From NCBI GenBank assembly GCA_002104945.1, contig MCFH01000010.1:62001-126000 (forward strand): 64,000 nt of DNA, written 5' to 3'. The position numbers and the translations under genes are program-made. The notes below the pieces were generated by a model. The model was not told where the DNA came from. It saw nothing but the letters and a program-made list of their open reading frames with translations, and made no database searches. Each line of letters starts with the position of its first letter. The stretch's first letter is position 1. The stretch comes from Piromyces finnis finn (Eukaryota > Fungi > Neocallimastigomycota). Below are positions 51,021 to 64,000 of the stretch, in pieces.

Positions 51021-54000
51021 ATGTTATGTCAGCAAAGAGAAGATAATGAAGAACTTCAATTACTTCAACCTGATAAATTTTATGATAAAATTCAAGGGAA
51101 AATGCTTCAATTAAAGAATAATAAATCACAAAAATTAATGGTACACATACTATTCTATTATATAATTATAGTATTATATTTAATACTCTATTAAATATCA
51201 TTTTTAAATAAAATGTTTAAATATATTTTACAGACAAATGAGGAGCTTTTACAAAACCAAGGTATTAATACATAAAATTATATTTAATAAAAAAGAAAGT
51301 AATAAATATAAAAAAGTAATTTAAAAATTCTAAATTATAATATCAAATATTAATAAATAATAATAATTAAATATTGGATACATAGCGAGGAGGCAATCAT
51401 TAAAAAATGCATATTTTTCATCACAGTTTGATAATTTAAAAAATAAAAACTCTTCAATATATAGATATAGAAATAATAATTTAGCACATTCATTTTCACT
51501 ACAAAATTATTTAAATTCAGAAAGTTATAATGATATTATTTTTCAACAACAACAGCAACAGCAGTTACAACAATTATCTTCATCACAAGAATTACCTTTT
51601 CATTTATTACCATTCCATAACAACCCAATAAATTATAATACAAATCCATCGTCATTATATCAAAACATGAAGAACCCGTTTTTTGTAGACCAATCTATTT
51701 CACAAATTCAAGAATCACCTTATTCATCAATTGGTATATCTTCACATGCACAAGGACCACCTATTTTTTCATCGCTATTATCCTCTCAATATTCAAAGCA
51801 AAACCATCAACAACTTCAAAATGTATATGTTAATGAGGCACCAAATAATGAAAATGCAAATAAAGATGAAATCAAAAGTTTTAATATTACCTCTAATTTA
51901 AAAAAGGATGAATTTAGTAACTCTATAAATAACAAAATAGAAAGTAATAATGTTAAAAAAAGCAAAGATTCACCCATAAGTAAAGAAAAAAGTGAAAAAA
52001 TAAATATTGATTCCAATGAAAACTCTAATAGTAATAAAGATAGCTCACTTATAAATTTAGAAAATAAAGATGAAAAAGAAATTAAAAATGAGTACACTAC
52101 TAAAATAAAAACAAATGAGGATTATAATGAGAAATTGTTAAATAATAGTAAAAAAAATAAAAATTATAAAATTGATAATATTAATTATAATGAAAATGAT
52201 AATAAAAAAACGGAGTCGATTGTTTTTAATGCTATGGCTTCACCTCCATTTAATAATATAATTAATAGGAATGTTGATAAAGAATTCGATAATAGCTTTT
52301 CAAAATCAATACAATTACAATCACCTCAATCACAATCGCCAATATCAATAATAGAATTTAAAAAACATACACCAATTCAATTACGATCTCCTCAATCTCA
52401 AACTCAAACTCCACAACAAAGAAAATCACCACCATTTATCATTCCAACAAAAAAAGTAGGTATTTTAATTTCACCTGAAGAAGAACATAAATTATTATCA
52501 ATATCTCCTTCAAATAATGTTAAATTCAATAAATTAAACGAAAAATTAAAGAAAAATATTGAAGAAACTGAAAATAATTTAAGTACCTCTCCAAAACTAT
52601 TAAATAATGATAAAAATAAAAATTTTAATTCTATAAATTCTATCCACAATAATTCTAATATAACGAAAGAAGTAATTAATGAAAAAAACACCGAGAATCC
52701 TATTAACGCAAATAATAATGAAATATTTTCTTTAAATGCATCAGAGAATAATATAATAGAAGAAAAGAATATTGATAACAAAATATTAGATAAAAAGAAA
52801 ATTGAACTGATTGATGATGATGAAATAAGTACAGAAGAATTAGATTCAGTTGATGAAATTACATTCATAAAAAAAACCGATCATACTAATGAATTAGCAA
52901 CAATTAAAGAAATAAGTAATCAAATGGAAATAGATGATTTAAATACTTCATTAACTAAAAATAATAAAGAACAAAATGAAGAATCAGCACAAATTACAGA
53001 AAATATCAACAAAGAATTTGAAATTTCAAAAAATAATAAAAATATTAACACAGAAAACAATATGAATATTCTACAAGCACAATCAAATTTAAATGAAACC
53101 CAAACCTATCAAAAGCATAATTATCCAATTTCTGATTCAATAAAATATCCTAATTCAATTTATCCACCAAGAATGAATACAATAAATTCAGGATTTAAGG
53201 GATATTTCCATAGCAATCCATATATGAAATTAAAATCTATGGATAATATAACAAATAACTATAACTATATTTCACAAAGAAGTTATTTTTACCCTCATAA
53301 TATACATAATCATTTTTATTCAAATTTATCAACACCAAATCAAGCAATTTCTCCACAAAACTATTTTTTCTATCAACAAAATAATAAAAATATGTTACCT
53401 TATTCATCCCTTCACAAAAAGATAAACTCAAATAATCCATATTACATGTATTATCATCATCGTCCAATATACCATCCTTATTCCTATAAATTTTATCATA
53501 CCTATAATAATAATTTATATAATAACAGTACAATACCCTATAATTATCAGAAATATGGATATAATAACTATTACGGAGATATGTTTGATTTTTCGTATAA
53601 TAAACCTTCAACAAAATCTCCAATAAAAATACCACCACTTTCAGCATTTTTAAAAGAGGATTCCAATTCACATTCCATAAAAAATTTATATAATCCCATA
53701 ACAAATAAAAAATTATGTAAATTAAAAATAAAATCAACTAATGATAAAACATTAAAGTCTGCATGGCAAAATAAGAAACGCTATTTAAAAATAAAAGAAA
53801 TTGATGGCGTTAAATATGGCCATTTTTCATTAAGATATTTAAATTTCTTCTTAATGAAAGATAAAAAGGATGAAAATAGTCATCAGAAAATGGAAAATTA
53901 TATGACATTAGCTGAATCGATAATACCCAATAATGTTTATAAAATTGTTGATATTACATCAATACCAGAAAATAAACTTCCAGATTATCAAAATATTTTT

Positions 54001-54525
54001 GATAAATATATACAATCTACTGCTTTCATGTCATTAAAAATTAATTTTCTAATTCCACAAAAATTTAATAATAACTTATTTATGAATACATTTATTTTTG
54101 AAACTAATGTATTCAGAAGAATAAAATGTATCACTACTGTTTATTCTTTTGGAAAAAAAATTCTTGAAACGGATGAAATTTGTAATTCATCTCTAAAAGA
54201 TAATAAGTTCATTATGGATTTTGAATTTGTAAATAAATTTTTTACCGATTTTCTTTCAAAATTTGAAGAATTTAAATCTTATGAAGAAATACAATTTGCT
54301 TTAGAAAATCTTACTGTCATGCAGGTAAATATTTATAAATTAATTCTTTTTATTGTTTTATAATATGAAAAAACTAATAATATATATATATATTAATAGC
54401 AATTTAAAGATATAACAATATTTAATAATGAACCAAGAACTTGGTTAATACTCGGCTATCAATTTGGTATAGGAGATGGAAATGTTGATATCGCCAAAGT
54501 AAAAGATCTTGGATATAGTGAATGA
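51021..54525 (+). CDS. Large low-complexity protein with a C-terminal TEAD-type YAP-binding domain (YBD) and no TEA DNA-binding domain
   Basis: Four exons. C-terminal IKCITTVYSFGKKILE, LENLTVMQ and TWLILGYQF match the TEAD YBD (VTCSTKVCSFGKQVVE, LENFTIL, TLLCMACVF). Confidence 0.75.
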
Positions 54526-54957
54526 AAACTTTTATACATATTTTTTTAAAAAAGATCTATTAAAATTTATAAAATAATAATAATAATAATTAATGAAAAT
54601 ATAATAGATTTAATTTCTTTTTTTTATATTTTTTCTTTTCTTTTCTTGCTTTTTTTTTTTTTTTTTTTTTTAATATTTATGTAAAATGTTTGTTCTGTTA
54701 TTAATGTTATACAACTTAAATTAATAACATATTCTAATTTATAAAAAAAAATTTTTTTTCTTAAAATATCTATTATTTTGTTATATGTAAAAAATATATC
54801 TAAAAATTTTGAAGTTAATAATAATACAATATTAATTGTATTATGAATTTTGAATTTAAGAAATGAATTAAAAAAAAAAAAAGAAAAAAGAAAAAATAAA
54901 AAATAAAATTAAAATATATATATAAATAACAAAATTAAAATTTTTAAAGATTTTATA

Positions 54958-55129
54958 ATGCAAAAGGTAACTTTTTTTTGTTTTTTGTTATTATAATTTT
55001 TATAAATTTCGAAATTCCTTTATTGCATCTTTTCTCACTCTTTATAATTTAATTTCTTTTTCTTTTTCTATTTCTATTTCTATTTCTATTTCTAACAAAT
55101 TATATATTAATTTATTTATAAATTTATTA

Positions 55130-55186
<57 letters not shown>

Positions 55187-56374
55187 AATTTGAATTACAT
55201 TTTAAAGTCAATAAATTTTGTTAAAGGACCTCTCTTAAGTTTTGATAATGATGAGGAAAATACAATAAAAGATAATGCTAATAATAAAATTGCAAAAGAT
55301 AAAAAGGACATAGCTTCCTTATATAGAAAAATTATTTCATCAGCCTCAACAGCAAAAAAAGAACCAGAAGATATACGAAATCCATTAACATTTTATATTA
55401 ATAGACAAATTAATAAAGAAAAAATAAAGAATAAAAAAATTAGTGAGTATTATTCATTAATTAGAAAAAATATAAAACATTTTTAATTTATTATATTTTA
55501 TTCATTTATATATATATATTATTGTTATTGTCATCACCATATTATCATAACTTAAAAAACAAAAATAAAATAATAAAAAAAAAAAAAAGCAAATGTAAAA
55601 TCAAAGAATGAAAAAGAAGAATGGCATAATAATTCAAATTCATTATCAAAAAACAAAAATGAAAGTTTCTATTGTAATATATGTAAAATGATTGTTAACA
55701 TTCCAAAAATGAAACATATTCATGGTGTACCTCATATTCTTTCAAATAAAGAACTGGAAAATAATGGTAATCAAGCTGAATTTCATTTAAATGGTGATAA
55801 TGTTGGTTATCAATTATTAGTAAAGCAAGGCTGGAATGAACAAAGTGGACTTGGAAGTAATGAAGACGGTAAATTATATCCTGTAAGAGTAAATTATAAA
55901 CATGATAAAAAAGGTATCGGAATTAAAGAAAGGCCTATTATAAAAAATCAAAAACAAAAAGATGAACGATTACTTGAAGAAAGTAAAGCAGAAAAATTAT
56001 ATAATAAATTGAGTTATGAAGATAAATATTCTTCACTATTACCATCAAATATATATAAGTATGATTCAATATCAAATGAAGAATATTCAATTTTGTCAAA
56101 TATAAACCAGGAATTTCAAAATACTTTGCCAAATCCTTCACCTACTGTTTCTCAATTACGTAAACATCAAAAAACAATTGAAACATTAGATTTAGCAAAA
56201 AAGAAAGGTATAATTTTAAATTCTGGTGATTCATCTACCTCTTTCGTTAAACAAGATAAAATCTTGAAAAAAATAATAAAAAAGCAACGTAATAAAGAAA
56301 AAAAGGAATTAAAAAATAAAATACTAAAAGAGGAAAAATCAAGACTAAAACTTCTTGAATATTTAAAAAATTAA
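54958..56374 (+). CDS. G-patch protein with a CxxC..H..H zinc finger (GPANK1-like, no ankyrin repeats)
   Basis: MQK| first exon (54958-54966); FYCNICK....KHIHGVPH followed by the G-patch NVGYQLLVKQGWNEQSGLGSNEDGKLYPV..KKGIG. Confidence 0.8.
55136..55184 (+). repeat. 49-nt poly(A) tract in an intron, preceded by short (TTTCTA)n
   Basis: Directly visible; the (TTTCTA)n run is at about 55063-55093. Confidence 0.9.
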
Positions 56375-56652
56375 TAGCAACATTTTTTTAACTCATTAAC
56401 TATCTTAATTATTAACTTTTTAACATTTCTTTTATATTTTGTACAGTTCACTATGTAAATTTTTTATATTTCATTTCTATTTTATTTCTTATTTCAACAT
56501 TTTCATTTTTGTCAAGCATTCCTTAGTTATAATTTAGTTTAAATCTAACCCAGATTTTAATTTTTTATATTTATTTATTTATCATAATTAAATATTTACA
56601 TTAAATTATTGAAATAATAAAAAAAAAAATAATAAAAAATATTTAATAATCC

Positions 56653-57867
56653 TTATTTAAAAAATATTAAATTACTTAATTGTTCTAAATGTACAGTTGC
56701 ATGATAGAGTAGGGATAAAACTAAAATAGCAGATAGATATGTAATGATTATAATTTTTATAAAAATGAAAATAAATCGAAAAAATCTATATAAAAAAGAT
56801 TTTTTATTAATTATATTGTTTTTGTTGTTGACACCTTTTTGCTTTAAATCCATTTCTATATTTTTACTTCTATTTAATAAATTACATTTTGGGTTTTTTA
56901 TAGATTTTAAATTTGAATTTCTATTTAACAGATTAATATATTTATTTTTAACAATTTTATTACTGTCTTTTCGAAATTCAGCTTGATTAGCTTTACTATT
57001 ATGTGATCTTTTTTTTATTTTTTTAACTTCTCTCGAAGTATTATTAAACAAGAAATCATGGTTTATCATAGGTTTTTTTAAATTATTTTTGATTTTATCG
57101 ATTTTATAATCATTATTTTCTAGAATATTATCACTGTTTTCTTTTGAAGTATAGGATAATTTGATAGCTGAAATAATTTTATCACGTAGAAATATTAATT
57201 CATCTAAATTACCTTCAATTATATAGGAGTTATTATTTCCACAATATACATAACAATTATTATGAATTTTATGTTTTATTCTATTTTTACTATTAAAAAT
57301 AGCATTATTATCTTCAAAGCTATCGGATGTACAGATTACCAAATATTTTGTTGAAGAAAATGATTTAAAATCATATAAGATATTAAATAATGTACATAAA
57401 AGACATTGTATAATTAAAAATTTTAATGGAATATTTTTAAAAAATTTCCATAATATTACTGAAAAAACACAACCAAAAAATAAGCCTCTTAAAAATGCTT
57501 TAAATATTATATCTTCAAAAGAGCATCGTTGGGAAAAGTAATTATTATTAGTATCTGAATGTTCATTTTGGTCATTTTTATTTTTTACTAAAATAAAATT
57601 TAAAGGTCTAAATAATGATGAAGTAAAAATTGGTCTGGTTTTTATTTTAATAGATGCTATATATTTAGTAGATATTATTGTATTACTAATTTCATTAGGT
57701 TTTAAGATAAAAAGCCAATAATACCACCAAGGTTTAAAAGCATATATCATAATTATTCTTAAATTAGTAACCATTACAATATTAAAATGTAGATTCACTA
57801 ATCCTTTAGTATTACTATACCGATAAATGAGTTTTTCATCTTTAATTAGTTTTACGTTAGGCTTCAT
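56653..57867 (-). CDS. Hypothetical intronless membrane protein, 404 aa
   Basis: 1215-bp ORF. N-terminal beta-rich segment (DEKLIY..VMVTNLRII..ISTKYIASIKI), an internal hydrophobic hairpin, a basic linker and a C-terminal TM helix. Confidence 0.7.
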   Translation of the reverse strand: MKPNVKLIKDEKLIYRYSNTKGLVNLHFNIVMVTNLRIIMIYAFKPWWYYWLFILKPNEISNTIISTKYIASIKIKTRPIFTSSLFRPLNFILVKNKNDQNEHSDTNNNYFSQRCSFEDIIFKAFLRGLFFGCVFSVILWKFFKNIPLKFLIIQCLLCTLFNILYDFKSFSSTKYLVICTSDSFEDNNAIFNSKNRIKHKIHNNCYVYCGNNNSYIIEGNLDELIFLRDKIISAIKLSYTSKENSDNILENNDYKIDKIKNNLKKPMINHDFLFNNTSREVKKIKKRSHNSKANQAEFRKDSNKIVKNKYINLLNRNSNLKSIKNPKCNLLNRSKNIEMDLKQKGVNNKNNIINKKSFLYRFFRFIFIFIKIIIITYLSAILVLSLLYHATVHLEQLSNLIFFK

Positions 57868-59456
57868 ACTAAATACTTAAATACTACGATTTTATTTGTT
57901 TGTTTAAATATAATATTTAATGTTTACTTTTTATTGCTTCGTTTTGACATTAAATATTGAAATTGAAATAATATTTTTTTATATATTTTATATATATATT
58001 TATATAGTTTAAATATTTCAACCTTTTTATATCAAGTTTTTTTTTTAAATAATAACATAAGCATATAAGCAATTTATTAATGAAATGTTTTTCCTAATAC
58101 AATAAATTTTAAAAATTTTAAAATTAAATTTCTTTTTGTGATATTAATTATTTTTATAGCGTTTATAAAGTTATTAAATAAAAATTATACAGAAATAAAT
58201 TTTTAATGATTAAAAAAAAATATATACAGAAATAAATTTTTAATGATTAAAGTTTACATAAATTAAAAATAATAATTATTATTATTATTATATAAAGATT
58301 AAAGTTCTTTTTTTAATATTTTTATTAGTTAACCTACTTAAGAAACTACAAAGCAACAACAGTTTAATATTATGAATTACTCATTTTAATTTTTAATAAA
58401 ATAATATTATTAGCAATCCATTTCATATTTTGTTCTATTGTTTTTATTTTTTGATACCTTTTTATATAATCAAATTCATGTTTTGTTATAACAAATAATT
58501 GTTAAAGCTTGCGTTACATATATATTGCATAAGAATATAATGTCAAAAAAAAATATTTACATATTTACTCATATTCATCAATAATACCCTATTTTTTATT
58601 CATACAAAACGATTCATATAAAACATGAATTCATTACTCATATTATTACCTTTTTTTATATTTATTGTGAATAAAAAAAAAAAATACATAAAGTAAAAAT
58701 CAATATAAAACTTTGTACCTATTTTTATATTTAAAACAAAAAAACTAGCGTATAAATTTATATTTGTTATTAATATTATTATTAAATGGAACGACTAATA
58801 ACTTTAATATTATTTTTCATTAATTATATTTTAGATAAATAATAAACTTTGATCAATAGTTTTTATAAAAAATAAAAAATAAAAAATAAATATTCAGAAT
58901 AGTAATTTATGTAGGGTTAGTTATCTTTTAGAAATTTTTTATATAAAATTTCTAGTTAAAAAAAAATATATTTATTTCTATAGGTCTTAAAATATAATTA
59001 AAAGTCTAATTATAGAGATTTAAAAAGAAAAATAATTAAAAGCCTAACTATAGAGATTAAAAAAGAAAAATAATTAAATACTTGATATATTCAAGACTAT
59101 TAATAAACGTAAATATATATACTATTTAAATCAAGGAATAACAAGAATTTGTATTTATTATATCTTAAATTCTCATTTATCATTAATTAATAAAGTTGAA
59201 TACAAGGAATAATTATTATAAACCAAATATTATAATAGGATATCACAATAAAATTATATAAAAATTCTTATTTTCCTTTAATTATGTTATTTTAGTTAAT
59301 TGGTTATTTCTATATCTATTTTTATTTTGTACATATAATTATTAATCAAAATCTATTTATTAGATTAGGTTATTAAATATTGTTATTCAATAATTATTTC
59401 AAGTATATTAAGAATATATAAAAAAATCTATTATTCATGTAATATAAGTGAATATT

Positions 59457-59598
59457 ATATAAATGGAAAAAAAAACCATTTAAAATTGTTATGAAGCTAC
59501 ACATATATAAATGGAAAAAAAACCCTTTAAAATTGTTATGAAGCTACACATATATAAATGGAAAAAAAACCCTTTAAAATTGTTATGAAGCTACACAT
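59457..59598. repeat. Tandem repeat, 3 x 47-48 bp
   Basis: The unit ATATAAATGGAAAAAAAAACCCTTTAAAATTGTTATGAAGCTACACAT starts at 59457, 59505 and 59552. There are no spacers. Confidence 0.95.
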
Positions 59599-60882
59599 AA
59601 GCACATAAATACACAAAAAATAAATTAATGTAAATGAACAATTAATCAATTATTATTAATTTAAAAAAAATTAATTAAATTAAATATAAACTTTATATTA
59701 AGTGAAAATGAAGAAAAAAAAAAATTAGAATATTTTTATTTTTTTGTATTTCTAGTTTTATGTAAAAAAACATTAAATTTTAGTTTGTATTTCTAGTTTT
59801 ATGTAAAAAAAACATTAAATTCTAGTTCATAAGTTTATAATAAATTATTGATATTTATTGATATTGATAATATTACTATAATATAATATAGAATGCTTAG
59901 ATAAGTGTTTAACTTTTTTAAAGATAAATATATAGAAAAAGTAATATATAATATAGTAAAATCGAAAATTAATTTTTTATTTTTATAAACTGTTAACTTC
60001 AAAAACAATTAAAGTATACAAATGATATAATATAGGAAATTTCATAGGATTGAATTTTATATCAATAAGTAATACTTATTGATTTATCGTATGTTAAATT
60101 TTGTATATACCTTTCAATATCTTATAATGAACCATTTAATAAACTTGTATTTAATAAAATATTCTATTTACCAATTCTGTAGTAATAAATAATTTTATGA
60201 TTTATATTGAATAAATTTTATTTATTGTAAACTAATAGATTAATAGGAAAGTTCATTATAAAATAAATAAATAGAATTTATTTATACTTCCTTAAAGTTA
60301 TATAAGTTTTTTAATTTAAACTAGTATTATATTAGTTTCAGTAACTTTTAATTGATTAAATTATTATGGAACCAATATTGCAATAGTTTTTTTTTTAAGT
60401 TTTGATTCCTATATATAAAAAAATTTAATTAGTAATTAATTTTTTTTTCATTTAATATTAATCATTCATTATTTAATATAAATTTTAAAATATATTAATT
60501 TTTTTTTTCAATTTAAATTATTTTTTTAAATTAAAAATTTAATTTTTTCTTTTTTCAGGTTTATTAATTTTTATATTATAAATTTCTAAAAGCAATATAT
60601 TAGAATATAATGAATTTCAATTGATTTATAATGAATGATTTTTTCAAAAAAAGTTAAAAATAATAAATTTTAAATAATAATTAAATTAAAAATTTTTAAT
60701 TATATGGAAATGATGTTGCAATGTAAATGTTATTTTTTTTTTTAATTCAATATGACAATAGAAAAAAACTTTACATATGAACGAAGGAAAAATTAAAAGA
60801 ATGAATTTTATTTAATTGTATTAGTAACATCAAATATTTATTATTAAACTATCATTAATTAATTAATAACAATAACAACAAC

Positions 60883-60913
<31 letters not shown>

Positions 60914-62275
60914 ATATTATTATTACTATTACATAGCTATTGTGTGTGTGTATTTTTTTTTCCACTATTAATATTTTGAAATTAAAGATACATTATTAAT
61001 TTTACTTTTTTATTTATTTATTAACTTTATCTTTTAATTATCATCTCATAATTAATTTTAAATTTTTTATATTTAATTTTTTTTTTTTTTTTTTAAAAAA
61101 AAACTTTTGTCCTTTTTTTTTTATTTTTATTTTTATCAAATCATTTTCATTTGTAATTTTCATTTTATAAATTTAATTGAGAAATTCAAATTGTAATAAA
61201 TCATTTATTGTTAAAGATCAATCTGTTTCCGTTTGATTCATTGATATCTATTTTATTGAAATAAGAAAAATATAGTAACGAATGGTATTCTAACGGAGTT
61301 ATAAAATTAATTAAATAATAAAAAATATTTATAAAAATAAAAATTTATATATCATTTTTTATCAGAATACATAATTTATTCAATTTCTTTAATTTTATAA
61401 GTGGGTATTTTAACAATCATACATTTATATTTCTTATTAAAGAAATGTTTAATAATGTTAAATTTCATGAAAATATATTAATATTAAGAGAAAAGTTTAC
61501 AACAATTGTATTGTATTTATAAATACACTATACTTATTTATATCTTTATAATTGAACATTTAATATACTTCACATAACAAAAGAAAGTATTTACTAAATA
61601 TACCATTAATAAATTAACAAAAAGTAATTAAATACACAATACGCTTGCGATATTGAATAAAAAATAACATATTGCTTAAATAAATGTATTATATTTAACA
61701 TTAAAAAAAAAAAAACTATAACATTGGATATTTTAATATATATTCAAATTCAATTGTAGTAATTCAATCCATATATAATTTAAATTATAACATTGATGAT
61801 AAATTTTAATAAATGTAAGTAAATATTTAAATATGTAAATATATAAATTAATGTAATTTTAATAATATTATGTAATAAAAAATATATATAAAATTAATAT
61901 ATATAAATATATAAAATAAAGATTTTTTTTAATTATGGATATAAATAACTTTTTTTTTTTAACTTTTTCTTTCTTTTTTCTTTTTCTTTTTCCTTTTTCT
62001 TTTTTTTTTTTTTTTTTCTTTTTATCATTTTTAATATTATTTATTGACGAAAAATAAAATATATAGAATATTAGACAGGACATTATAATAATTTCGTAAT
62101 AGCAAAAAAAGTCAATTTCAAATTCAATTATCATTATTATCATTTTTAATATAATTCTTTGAATTTCAATAAAATTGATATTACAAATAAAAATAAAGAA
62201 TAAATATATTACTTTTGTGAAAAAAATATATTGATAATTATAAAAGAATAAAAAAAATTTGTAATATTAAATATC

Positions 62276-64000
62276 ATGAGAATGAGTGGACAAAATAAAC
62301 GGGATTATGATGTTATGATGGATAATATAGGGTGGGTAAAAATTTAATATTTAATATATATATATATATTTTCTCTTTCTTTTACAAAGGATAGTACTAA
62401 AAAATAAGATTATATTAAAAAAAATTAATGTTAATTATTTTTATACAATTATTATTTTATATGCTATAGTTGTTACAGCCCGATAGATCATAATGATGAT
62501 GCTGAAACTAATATTAAGAAAACAAAAAATCCAAAAGATAAGAACATACAAGTATGTAACATATTATACAATAAAAAAGTTTTTTTTTTTTTTAAATTTT
62601 AATTTTAAAGTGAAGCATTGTGTTAACAAACCTTTTAAAAAATCTTATAAAGGTATTAAGTCCTCCAAATAGTGAACCAGTTTCTAGTTGTACAATAATA
62701 AACTCTGGAAGCAATACTAATAGTAGTAGTAGTAGCAGTAATAGTTCACATAATCATTCGTTAAATGAAAATGAAGATGATAAAATAGTTGTTAATGATA
62801 CTGATAATAATAAAGAATTTAATAATAAAATAAAGAAAGATAATGAAAATGAATCAAGTATATTAAATATAGATAACGAAAATAATGTAAAAGAAGCAGA
62901 TACCATTGAAAAAGAAAATTCATTTAAAAATGAAGAAACAGAAACAGAAACCTCTAAATCACATAAATCAGATAATAAATTAACAGATATAAAAAAAGAG
63001 GATTCTGATTTACCTCTAGAACATATAAAAATATGTACTCAAATTATAAGGAATATTAAACGACATCACGATTCAGGACCATTTTTAAAACCAGTTGACC
63101 CAGTTGCTCTTGGTATACCAGATTATTTTTCAATTATACACCATCCTATGGATATTTCTACTATCGAAAGTAAATTGAAATCACTAGCTTATCAAACAAT
63201 TGATGAATTTATTGATGATTTTTCTTTAATGTTTAAAAATTGTTATGAATACAATGGAACACAACAACCTGTATCACTAATGGCAAAAAATCTAGAAATT
63301 TCATTTAATAATCATTTAAATCATTATTATCATGAAGTAGGTCTTTTTTTTTAAAGTTCTAAAAAAAATATAATATTTATTGAAAAAGAAATTAAAAAGT
63401 AATTAAAATGGAAAATTAACTTTTTTTTTAAAATTATTAAAATGAAAATGCATTTTATAGATAAATAATTCATCAGAAGAATCTTCACAAAGAGAAATTT
63501 TAAATACAAATATCAAGGTATTTATTTATGAACTTTACTATGATTTTTTTATATTAAATTCACATTTTATATTGTATAAACACATAACATATATTAATTT
63601 TTTTATTCTTATTAACAGGATAATTCATTGAATGATAATACTGATAATACAGCAAAAAAAGCAGAAAAAACAGGAGGAAAAACAACATCAAAAAGAAGAA
63701 CAAATAATAGTAGTTTTTATAGTTATTTATATAAAAAAAGTAGTAGTCGTCTAATGAAATCAACAGGAGAAATGGTTGTTTGTAAAGATGTAATTAATGA
63801 AATATTAAAAAAACGTTATGAACACATAAGCTATCCATTTCTTCATCCAGTAGATCCTGTTGCTTTAAATATTCCAGATTATCCACTTATTATTAAAACA
63901 CCAATGGATATATCGACTATACAAGAAAAATTAGATTCTGGAATTTACTTAAAAAAGAAAGAGTTTGAAGAAGATTTTAGACTCATTTTTAAAAATTGTT
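62276..64000 (+). CDS. BDF1: BET-family double-bromodomain protein (partial, runs off the window)
   Basis: BD1 SGPFLKPVDPVALGIPDYFSIIHHPMDISTI..NCYEYN and BD2 SYPFLHPVDPVALNIPDYPLIIKTPMDISTI..LIFKNC, with GT-AG introns between. Confidence 0.9.

Noticed and set aside
51816-53737. Three minus-strand ORFs (93-166 aa)
   Set aside because: Antisense to the 898-codon exon; composition is typical of AT-rich shadow ORFs.
59457-59598. CRISPR-like array
   Set aside because: The units are contiguous with no unique spacers, there are no cas genes and the context is eukaryotic.
61208-61240. AAAGATCAATCTGTTTCC, loosely U2 snRNA-like
   Set aside because: It lacks the GTGTAGTA branch-pairing sequence and the U2 5' stem.
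1-64000. tRNA, rRNA, transposase/RT genes and cellulosome dockerin genes
   Set aside because: No cloverleaf, rRNA-like GC block, transposon ORF, terminal repeats or dockerin repeats were recognised by eye; a covariance-model scan was not possible.

Overview
Extremely AT-rich, intron-rich eukaryotic DNA with no prokaryotic features. The composition, GT-AG introns, fungal housekeeping genes and flagellar genes point to an anaerobic gut fungus (Neocallimastigomycota); this is an inference. I reconstructed about 24 protein-coding genes by splicing by eye, many of them only partly or not at all in the ORF track: a partial type II membrane protein, AVO2, a Mim2-like protein, SUS1, a presequence-bearing organellar protein, a Diaphanous-type formin, a MAPK phosphatase, SPAG17/PF6, TMEM237-like, eIF3k, VMA21, PAM16, roadblock dynein light chain, NADPH-P450 reductase, a degenerate CE4 deacetylase, beta-thymosin, BBS1, TMEM41B, PPIL3, a TEAD YAP-binding-domain protein, a G-patch protein, an intronless membrane protein and BDF1 (partial). 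Best leads: (1) a 43-aa monomeric beta-thymosin (40264-40470), an animal-type actin-sequestering peptide; (2) an anchor-less P450 reductase carrying an in-frame stop-free intron-like segment; (3) a TEAD YAP-binding domain with no TEA domain; (4) four ciliary genes within 28 kb, with SPAG17 showing ATT where its ATG is expected. All family assignments come from recalled motif similarity, not database searches. No tRNA, rRNA, CRISPR array or transposase was seen.
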